Shown here: one piece after another, positions 19,030-25,965 of the stretch | Position numbering within the stretch: position 1 is the first letter of the stretch | How the letters are laid out: every line of letters begins with the position of its first letter | Assembly: GCA_029564175.1 (NCBI GenBank) | Contig: JAKQQL010000464.1 | Location: 1-25,965, forward strand | Source: Candidatus Cloacimonadota bacterium | GTDB lineage: Bacteria > Cloacimonadota > Cloacimonadia > Cloacimonadales > WRIO01 | Length of the DNA stretch: 25,965 nucleotides | Reading direction: 5' to 3' | Program-made: the position numbers and the translations under genes | Notes under the pieces: generated by a model | Database searches by the model: none | Seen by the model: only the letters and a program-made list of their open reading frames with translations | What the model was told of the DNA's origin: nothing

Positions 19030-19054
19030 AGGCGGAGCTGGTCTCCGCCTTTTT
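19030..19054 (+). terminator. Intrinsic terminator after thrS
   Basis: AGGCGGAG-CTGGT-CTCCGCCT-TTTT. Confidence 0.85.
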
Positions 19055-19122
19055 ATATTACACTCTGATAGTGATTTATAATAATCACTTTTTCAGAATG
19101 ACTTATGGAATGGACGATCTAA

Positions 19123-20088
19123 ATGAACATTAAAGAATTTGTAAAACAACAATTGTATCTGGAAGCCGATTCAATATTAAAAGCAGCAGAAAAAATTAAC
19201 GAAAATTTTGAAAAAGCTGTAGAGTTAATTCTAAATTGCTCAGGAAAAGTAGTTGCCATTGGTATGGGTAAATCTGGTATTATAGCCAGAAAAATATCTG
19301 CTACTTTAGCTTCAACCGGTACAACTTCTATTTTTTTACATCCTGCGGAAGGTATTCATGGTGACCTCGGAATGCTTCAAAAAAATGATGTCGTCATTGC
19401 CATTTCGCAAAGTGGTAATACACAAGAAATGCTGGCAGTGATACCCTATATCAAGTTTATGGAAATTCCACTGATTGCTATTACAGGCAATACTGGTTCC
19501 GGATTGGCTCAGAATGCTGATATAGTTCTGGACAGTGCAGTACCGGATGGCTATGAACCATTTAATCTTGTACCAACTTGTAGCACTACGGTTCAGTTAA
19601 GTCTTGGAGATGCGCTTTCAGTTGCCCTTTTGGAAAAAAGAAATTTTAAAGTAAATGATTTTGCTTTATTTCATCCTGGTGGCACGATCGGGAAAAAATT
19701 ACTGTTAAAAGTGTCAGACCTTATGCATTCAGGTAATGACAATCCTGTAATTGAAAACACTGAAACGATGAGCTCAACCATTATGTTAATGACATCAAAA
19801 GGACTTGGTTGTGCTAATGTTGTTAATCATGACAATCAGTTAACCGGTATTATTACAGATGGAGATTTACGTCGTTTTTTAACTCGGGGAAACATCGATT
19901 TGAATATAACTGTTGAAAGTTGTATGACAAAAAATCCAAAACGTATGAAGCCCAATGCACTGGCAGTAGAAGCTTTAAATCTAATGGAAAAGTTTAAAAT
20001 TACCATGTTGCCTGTTGTTGATGATAATGACAGACCAGTTGGTCTCTTGCATATGCATGACTTAATTCGTTCTGGTGTAGTCAGTTAA
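19123..20088 (+). CDS. kdsD: Arabinose-5-phosphate isomerase (KpsF/GutQ family, SIS + 2 CBS)
   Basis: GMGKSG, ASTGT, HPAEGIHGDLG, ISQSGNT, PTCSTT, FHPGG, GIITDGDLRR, LHMHDL. Confidence 0.93.
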   Translation: MNIKEFVKQQLYLEADSILKAAEKINENFEKAVELILNCSGKVVAIGMGKSGIIARKISATLASTGTTSIFLHPAEGIHGDLGMLQKNDVVIAISQSGNTQEMLAVIPYIKFMEIPLIAITGNTGSGLAQNADIVLDSAVPDGYEPFNLVPTCSTTVQLSLGDALSVALLEKRNFKVNDFALFHPGGTIGKKLLLKVSDLMHSGNDNPVIENTETMSSTIMLMTSKGLGCANVVNHDNQLTGIITDGDLRRFLTRGNIDLNITVESCMTKNPKRMKPNALAVEALNLMEKFKITMLPVVDDNDRPVGLLHMHDLIRSGVVS

Positions 20089-20143
20089 CAGATTGATAGA
20101 GAAGTAAACAGATACAAGCCTGTCTTGTAGAAAAGGAGTATAA

Positions 20144-21181
20144 ATGAATCTGATAAAGTTTGCCCTTATCGGTTGTGGCAGAATATCCGAAAGACATTTT
20201 GAAGCTGTGTCTCAAATTCCTGATGCTGAAATAATTGCCTGTTGTGATATTATTGAAGAAAGAGCGCTTGAAGCTGCAAAGAAATATAAAATAGACAAGC
20301 ACTATACAGACTATAGAATAATGCTTGACGAGACTCAGCCTGATGCAGTGCTAATCACCAGTCCAAGCGGATTACATGCAGAAATGGGCATTGAAGCTGC
20401 TAAAAGGGGAATTCACGTGATCACTGAAAAGCCTATGTCTATCAACCTTAATCAGGCAGATTCACTAATAAAAGCATGTGATAATTACCAGGTACACCTT
20501 TTTGTTGTTAAGCAAAATCGTTTAAATCCCTCCATACAATTACTAAAAAAGGCAATCGATAAAGGCCGCTTTGGTAGGATTTTTAGTGCAAATGCGACAG
20601 TCAGATGGTCAAGACCCCAATCTTACTATGATTTAGCAAAATGGAGAGGCACCTGGGAGTTTGATGGAGGTGCTTTTTTAAACCAGGCTTCACATTATTT
20701 TGATTTACTTTACTGGCTGATTGGTCCGGTAGATTCAGTCATGTCCATGACAGCAACACTGAATCATCAGATTGAGGTAGAAGATATAGGAAGCGGATTG
20801 ATTCGCTTCAGAAATGGTGCACTGGGGACAGTTGAAGTAACAATGAACACTTATCCACGCAATTTAGAAGGATCTATCACTGTCATGGGTGAATTTGGTA
20901 CAGTCAAAATTGGTGGCATAGCAGTCAATAAAATAGAACACTGGGAATTTAAAGATTATGACGATGATGATCGTTATTTAACTGATTCCAGCACAATGCC
21001 AAGTAGTGTGTATGGATTTGGACATACAGGATTCTTAAGTAATGTAGTTGAAGTGCTGCAGGGTAAAGCGGAACCTAAAACTGACGGTAGAGATGGCAGA
21101 AAATCGCTTGAAATTATTCTTGCGATGTATGAATCAGCAAAGACAGGCAAAAAGATTGCCCTGCCTTTTAAACAAGTATAA
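20144..21181 (+). CDS. Gfo/Idh/MocA oxidoreductase, WlbA/WbpB-like (probable UDP-GlcNAcA 3-dehydrogenase)
   Basis: IGCGRIS, PSGLH, TEKPM, VVKQNRLN, RPQSYY, WRGTWEFDGGAFLNQASHY, SVYGFGH. Confidence 0.85.
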   Translation: MNLIKFALIGCGRISERHFEAVSQIPDAEIIACCDIIEERALEAAKKYKIDKHYTDYRIMLDETQPDAVLITSPSGLHAEMGIEAAKRGIHVITEKPMSINLNQADSLIKACDNYQVHLFVVKQNRLNPSIQLLKKAIDKGRFGRIFSANATVRWSRPQSYYDLAKWRGTWEFDGGAFLNQASHYFDLLYWLIGPVDSVMSMTATLNHQIEVEDIGSGLIRFRNGALGTVEVTMNTYPRNLEGSITVMGEFGTVKIGGIAVNKIEHWEFKDYDDDDRYLTDSSTMPSSVYGFGHTGFLSNVVEVLQGKAEPKTDGRDGRKSLEIILAMYESAKTGKKIALPFKQV

Positions 21182-21202
21182 GTATCTATAAACAGGATTT
21201 CT

Positions 21203-21243
21203 AAAAGTGAAGTATTCCTTTAATTGAGGTGCTTCACTTTTTT
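21203..21243. terminator. Probable bidirectional intrinsic terminator
   Basis: AAAAGTGAAGTAT...GTGCTTCACTTTT stem with a 5' A-tract and 3' T-tract, between the convergent dehydrogenase and tRNA. Confidence 0.75.
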
Positions 21244-21361
21244 GATTTGGAGAGGATAGACTCAATATCTGACATTTTGTACACATATTTTGATACAAAA
21301 CAAAACTCATGCATAATGATATTTGGATAATTTGTTGTATTTTAGAGGCTTAAAAAAAAAA

Positions 21362-21453
21362 TGGCGGAGATGTAGAGATTCGAACTCTAGATACGTGACT
21401 AACGTATACACGATTTCCAATCGTGCTCCTTAAGCCAACTCGGACACATCTCC
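21362..21453 (-). tRNA. tRNA-Ser(GGA)
   Basis: Reverse complement folds as acceptor GGAGATG/CATCTCC, discriminator G, encoded CCA, anticodon arm CACGA-TT-GGA-AA-TCGTG, long variable arm ATACGT/ACGTAT, T-arm TAGAG-TTCGAAT-CTCTA. Confidence 0.97.
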
Positions 21454-21521
21454 TATTAAGGCCAATATTTCATATTATACTTTTTTTGACAAGTTTTTTT
21501 TTAATATTTTTTTAACTTTTT

Positions 21522-22427
21522 TTATTGTGCCAGTATAAAAGTATTATTTGTCATAGAGTTAGAAATACGATAAAACTCTACCATAAACAGAGGATCATAA
21601 GATTTTTTTGCCTGTCTTAAGCCTTCAAGATTCATGTCTTGCTCTCTGTTTATGAATAAATAAGCATTTTCTCTGGCAAATTTAGCCATTTCATATACAA
21701 TCATCTGGGCTGCACCTTTAATCTCGTAATTATATTTTTCAAAGTGTTCTGTTAACATTGTTTGATTCTGAGGACTAAATATACAAAAGGCTGCAAGCTC
21801 ACCATTGACTTTCAACATCAAACCTTTCGATTCGATTTCTTCCCAAAAATCAAAAGTTCTCTCAATTGCCAGAAATTCAGTTTCAATATCAATCTGATTC
21901 TTATTTTCCTGCCATTTTTTACAAAATGCTAAAATGTCCTCTTTGTGATGGTGATGAATTCGTTCAACCTGATAATCAGGATAGAGTCTCATAAACTGAG
22001 AGATCAGATTCTTCTTTTTAGCCAGTTTTTTCCCTGGCATCGTAATTAATCTGTCAACGGAGTAAACGTAATCAGACCATTCCAGGTTTGGGATAAGGGT
22101 ACATCTGTTATGAATTTCTGGATTTAAATCAATAAAATCCTTTGGGATCAAAATTAGTTGAACCTCAGGATACTCCGCTACAAACTCATGATAGACTTCA
22201 CATAACTCATCGATGCTAAAGTATTTTCCAACAGGGAAAAAGAGAAGTGAATAGACGGGATTAAAGAGAAAGAGTCGGTTTCTAATAATTGTATATTGAA
22301 TTTTATAATACTCGCCCCAGGTAAACAGATTGCTTAAATTATAATCACAGGCTATCTGGGGATAAAGGGTCATATATTTCTTTAAAAGCGGATAATCATC
22401 AAAAGAAAGTGTTTTGAATTGAATCAT
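21522..22427 (-). CDS. DUF2156 / phosphatidylglycerol lysyltransferase C-terminal-like soluble protein
   Basis: CDYNLSNLFTW, SDYVY, LAKKKNLISQF, HFEK, FINREQDMNLEGLRQAKKSYDP. ATG 22427 overlaps the GNAT stop (TGATG). The ORF-track start is 22445. Confidence 0.88.
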   Translation of the reverse strand: MIQFKTLSFDDYPLLKKYMTLYPQIACDYNLSNLFTWGEYYKIQYTIIRNRLFLFNPVYSLLFFPVGKYFSIDELCEVYHEFVAEYPEVQLILIPKDFIDLNPEIHNRCTLIPNLEWSDYVYSVDRLITMPGKKLAKKKNLISQFMRLYPDYQVERIHHHHKEDILAFCKKWQENKNQIDIETEFLAIERTFDFWEEIESKGLMLKVNGELAAFCIFSPQNQTMLTEHFEKYNYEIKGAAQMIVYEMAKFARENAYLFINREQDMNLEGLRQAKKSYDPLFMVEFYRISNSMTNNTFILAQ

Positions 22428-22849
22428 CACAGTTTTCCTTTCCAAAGATAAGGTGTATAATTCTCCATAATTTTAAAATTAAGTGATTCATAAAAATGTT
22501 CAGCACCGGGTTCGCTAATCAAACCAATCCAGGTCAGTCCTTTGTCTGTCAGAAAATCAATCATTTTATTGATTATTCCTTTTCCAATTCCTTTACCCCG
22601 TAATGACTGCAATACAACCACATCCTGAATATATGCATCACTGACACCATCGCTGATACATCTACCCATTCCAACAATCTGCTTTTCCTGTACAGCAATC
22701 ACAAAGCAAAATGAGCCTATAATAATTTTATCTACAAATGCAGGGTCAACTTCGTCATTTTCCGGAGACCACCAACCGGCATCTTTGTATAGCATTATCA
22801 ATTGATTTCTGTCTGCTTCTTTAACTATTACATACTCTATATCACTCAT
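22427..22849 (-). CDS. GNAT-family N-acetyltransferase
   Basis: IVGMGR, AYIQDVVVLQSLRGKGIG (acetyl-CoA motif A), AEHFYESLNF. AAGGAG RBS. Confidence 0.9.
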   Translation of the reverse strand: MSDIEYVIVKEADRNQLIMLYKDAGWWSPENDEVDPAFVDKIIIGSFCFVIAVQEKQIVGMGRCISDGVSDAYIQDVVVLQSLRGKGIGKGIINKMIDFLTDKGLTWIGLISEPGAEHFYESLNFKIMENYTPYLWKGKL

Positions 22850-23166
22850 CTTTTCTCCTTTTATTACTAAATGATAATGATAATATAGAAAAAAATCGTA
22901 CTTAAAGCAAATTACTTATATCAATTCCGAATAAAACCAACATAAATTTTAAAATAAGGCTTTGTTCTTTAGATGATTACATCACTGATTTTCATTTATC
23001 AAAAAGCGAAACTTTGGCCAGCATACCGCATTTATAATGAAAACAGTCCTAATACAGAGAAAGAATTTCTCTTGATTTAGTTATTTTGATACAAACTTAT
23101 TTTATTATAATTCAAGATGTTATATATTTCAAAAAACGCTTTTTTTATATTATTAGAATAAAATCA

Positions 23167-23195
23167 TTGACAAAATTATCCAATTCATCAATAAT
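23167..23195 (+). promoter_or_regulatory. Probable sigma70 promoter for hppA
   Basis: TTGACA (23167-23172), 17 nt spacer, AATAAT (23190-23195). GGGAGG RBS before ATG 23225. Confidence 0.5.
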
Positions 23196-23224
23196 TCTTT
23201 CAAATTTCATTTTGGGAGGTAGGT

Positions 23225-25510
23225 ATGACAATACCAATGATATGGTGGATCGCACCATTGTCAGCAGTCATTTCGTTAGTATGCGCCTGGCTTTTCTTTC
23301 ATCAGGTAAAACGAAAAAATCCAGGGAATGCTCGTATGCAAGAGATTGCGGGATATGTAAGAGAAGGCTCTTTCGCCTATTTAAAACAGCAGTACAAAGG
23401 TGTGGGGATATTCTTTGTATTTGCGTTTATCATTTTTAATATTATGGTCTGGGGTTTAAAACTCCTTGATCCACTCATTCCATTTGCTTTTTTAACTGGC
23501 GGATTTTTTAGTGGTTTAGCAGGATTTATCGGAATGAATACAGCAACAATGGCATCTTCCAGAACAGCTCAGGGATGTTCAAAAAGCCTGAATGAAGGTT
23601 TAAATATTGCCTTCAGAGCAGGTGGTGTCATGGGGCTGGTAGTGGTTGGTCTTGCACTTATAGATATATCAGCATGGTTTTATATATTAAACGTTTTTCA
23701 CTACCCATTGGAAAAAATAGTTGTTATTATGTTAAGTTTTGGTATGGGTGCTTCCACTCAGGCTTTATTTGCCCGTCTTGGTGGTGGTATATACACAAAG
23801 GCAGCTGACGTAGGTGCTGACCTGGTAGGAAAAGTAGAAGCCGGTATCCCTGAAGATGATCCCCGTAATCCTGCTGCTATCGCTGATAATGTAGGCGATA
23901 ATGTTGGAGACGTGGCAGGTATGGGAGCAGATTTATATGAATCATACGCAGGCTCTATCCTGGCAACTGCAGCCTTGGGAATGGCAGCATTTTCACAAAT
24001 TAACCTTGATGCCAGCTGGGCAATCAACTTTGTTACAGCACCAATGGTTTTAGCTGGTATAGGTGCTTTTTTATCAATAATCGGTATATTTCTTGTAAAA
24101 ACAAAGGAAAATGCGACTACAAAAGATTTGATGTTTGCTTTAAATAAAAGTGTTTATGGCAGTTCTGTATTAATCGCAATTGCTGCTTATTTTGTCAGTA
24201 AATCCATGTTACCTGCAGAGTATTCTTTTGGCATCTTTTTATCCTCTGTTACTGGATTAATTGCCGGTATTTTAATTGGCTATACAACCGAAATTTATAC
24301 TTCTTATAGTTTTTCTCACACCAAAAAGATAGCAGAACAGGGTTCTTTTGGACCAGCTACAGTTATCCTTGAAGGGATTGCTGTTGGAATGCGTTCTACT
24401 GCAGCACCTATCATTATCATTGCTTTGGCAGTTTTAGGCGCTTACAGTTTCAGTGGAGGGTTTAAACTTCCTGAAATGGGTCTTTATGGCATTGGTTTTG
24501 GTGCAGTTGGTATGTTGGCAACTCTTGGTGTAACACTGGCGATGGATTCATTTGGACCAATTGCCGACAATGCGGGTGGTAATGCTGAAATGAGTAATTT
24601 ACCTAAAGAAGTTCGTGTAAAAACGGATGCCCTGGACTCTGTAGGCAATACGACCGCTGCTACAGGTAAAGGCTTTGCAATTGGATCTGCTGCATTAACA
24701 GCAATGGCCTTACTGGCAGCCTACCTTGAAGAAGTCAGAAATGCACTTCTGCTGATGGGACATAAAGTAATTGATATTCAATATACCGCTTCCCTTACAG
24801 AAACTGTCGAAGTTACCAAGATATCGATCACTCAGTTTATGGCCATGTACAAAGTTAACCTTATGAATCCAAGATTTTTAATTGGTCTGTTTATAGGCGC
24901 AATGGTAACCTTTGTATTCTCTTCTCTTACAATTAAAGCCGTAGGACGTGCTGCAGGTAAAATGGTTGAAGAGGTCAGAAGACAATTCAGAGAAATTCCG
25001 GGAATCATGGAAGGAAAAGGCAAACCAGACTATAAAGAATGCGTAAGAATTTCTACAGTTGGTGCTCAACAGGAGATGTTGATACCTGCTCTGATTGGTA
25101 TCATCACCCCAATTGTAACCGGAATCATTTTAGGTGTTGCAGGCGTAATGGGTATTCTTGCCGGCGCACTGTCATCCGGTATTGTTCTGGCAATTATGAT
25201 GAATAATTCAGGTGGCGCATGGGATAATGCAAAAAAATACGTTGAAACGGGTGCAAATGGTGGTAAAGGTTCTGACGTTCACAAAGCGACTGTTGTTGGT
25301 GATACGGTTGGTGACCCATTTAAAGATACCGCAGGACCATGTATCAACATCCTTATCAAATTAATGAGTATGGTCTCTATAGTTTTTGCAGGATTGATTG
25401 TCGCTTACTCACCATCAATTCAAAAAATCTACACTGGCATTGACGATGCAAAAATCATTGAAAATACCAGCTCAGTCAATATGCAGGAAACCGTAATCCC
25501 TGAACAATAG
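23225..25510 (+). CDS. hppA: K+-dependent membrane pyrophosphatase, Na+(/H+)-translocating
   Basis: [50 protein letters not shown] (Ala, K+-dependent type), [20 protein letters not shown]. Confidence 0.97.
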   Translation: MTIPMIWWIAPLSAVISLVCAWLFFHQVKRKNPGNARMQEIAGYVREGSFAYLKQQYKGVGIFFVFAFIIFNIMVWGLKLLDPLIPFAFLTGGFFSGLAGFIGMNTATMASSRTAQGCSKSLNEGLNIAFRAGGVMGLVVVGLALIDISAWFYILNVFHYPLEKIVVIMLSFGMGASTQALFARLGGGIYTKAADVGADLVGKVEAGIPEDDPRNPAAIADNVGDNVGDVAGMGADLYESYAGSILATAALGMAAFSQINLDASWAINFVTAPMVLAGIGAFLSIIGIFLVKTKENATTKDLMFALNKSVYGSSVLIAIAAYFVSKSMLPAEYSFGIFLSSVTGLIAGILIGYTTEIYTSYSFSHTKKIAEQGSFGPATVILEGIAVGMRSTAAPIIIIALAVLGAYSFSGGFKLPEMGLYGIGFGAVGMLATLGVTLAMDSFGPIADNAGGNAEMSNLPKEVRVKTDALDSVGNTTAATGKGFAIGSAALTAMALLAAYLEEVRNALLLMGHKVIDIQYTASLTETVEVTKISITQFMAMYKVNLMNPRFLIGLFIGAMVTFVFSSLTIKAVGRAAGKMVEEVRRQFREIPGIMEGKGKPDYKECVRISTVGAQQEMLIPALIGIITPIVTGIILGVAGVMGILAGALSSGIVLAIMMNNSGGAWDNAKKYVETGANGGKGSDVHKATVVGDTVGDPFKDTAGPCINILIKLMSMVSIVFAGLIVAYSPSIQKIYTGIDDAKIIENTSSVNMQETVIPEQ

Positions 25511-25544
25511 TTAGAATTACCTGATTTTTAAAGGAAATATAAGT

Positions 25545-25578
25545 GCCCCTCTTTCTGCACAATGATTGAGGGGCTTTT
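25545..25578 (+). terminator. Probable intrinsic terminator after hppA
   Basis: GCCCCTC (25545-25551) pairs with GAGGGGC (25568-25574), followed by TTTT. 16-nt loop. Confidence 0.65.
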
Positions 25579-25881
25579 CAATGGAAACATGTCACTAATA
25601 CAAATATATCAGACAAATAAATCATGTCAACTGAATTCATTTTTAAAGCCATTTTTTTACAAAATTACTCAATAAAAATTTGTTTTTATTTTTTTAATAT
25701 AAATTATATTAGAGATAAGGATGGTATAAGGATAGAATAAGGAAAGGTTCAGATTATTGATGTCCTTTTTGAGTCATTCTGACCAAGACAGATGACTTTT
25801 AATCATCAGAAATTTTTAAAATTTATTAAAATAAGTTGACTGAAAAATCGCTTTAAGAAATGATGTTATCAAGGATATTGT

Positions 25882-25965
25882 ATGCAGAAAATTAGTATAA
25901 AAGATTTTAAGAATTTGAAGAATCTGACACAGAAAAAACACAGAAAACAGCAACAGATGCTGATA
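25882..25965 (+). CDS. 5' fragment of a CDS, probably a TrmH/SpoU-family RNA methyltransferase
   Basis: Hand-translated MQKISIKDFKNLKNLTQKKHRKQQQMLI, open to the window end. AAGGA RBS at 25871-25875. Resembles the K..k.L.qKK.R N-terminus of TrmH proteins. Only 28 codons are visible. Confidence 0.5.
   Translation, partial: MQKISIKDFKNLKNLTQKKHRKQQQMLI

Noticed and set aside
21244..21453. tRNA-Ser as the integration site of a genomic island
   Set aside because: No integrase and no duplicated tRNA 3' end were seen, and the genes beyond the 3' end are housekeeping.

Overview
AT-rich bacterial chromosomal window, most likely Candidatus Cloacimonadota. This is inferred from the kat/kce lysine-fermentation pair, which closely resembles the Ca. 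Cloacimonas enzymes as I recall them, plus diderm genes lpxK, kdsD and lnt. It holds about 23 CDS and one tRNA-Ser(GGA). The left minus-strand unit is FadL-like outer-membrane barrel -> divergent RecJ-like DHH protein -> 2x[4Fe-4S] ferredoxin -> archaeal-type geranylgeranyl reductase. The ORF track missed the last two genes. The plus strand then carries an orphan basic ORF, kat, kce, dCMP deaminase, recJ, a beta-propeller lipoprotein, lnt, MerR, Mpv17/PMP22, a MORN-repeat protein, lemA, lpxK, an ABC solute-binding protein, thrS, kdsD and a WlbA/WbpB-like dehydrogenase. Next come a minus-strand GNAT -> DUF2156 -> tRNA-Ser block, a membrane pyrophosphatase with the Na+,H+-PPase signature, and the start of a probable TrmH methyltransferase. 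I saw no transposase, integrase, phage gene or CRISPR array. Best leads: the barrel-DHH-ferredoxin-GGR unit, a pseudoknot or bistable RNA element touching the dCMP deaminase RBS, a REP doublet between kat and kce, and the GNAT/DUF2156/tRNA-Ser block. All family calls come from motif recognition by eye, with no database searches.
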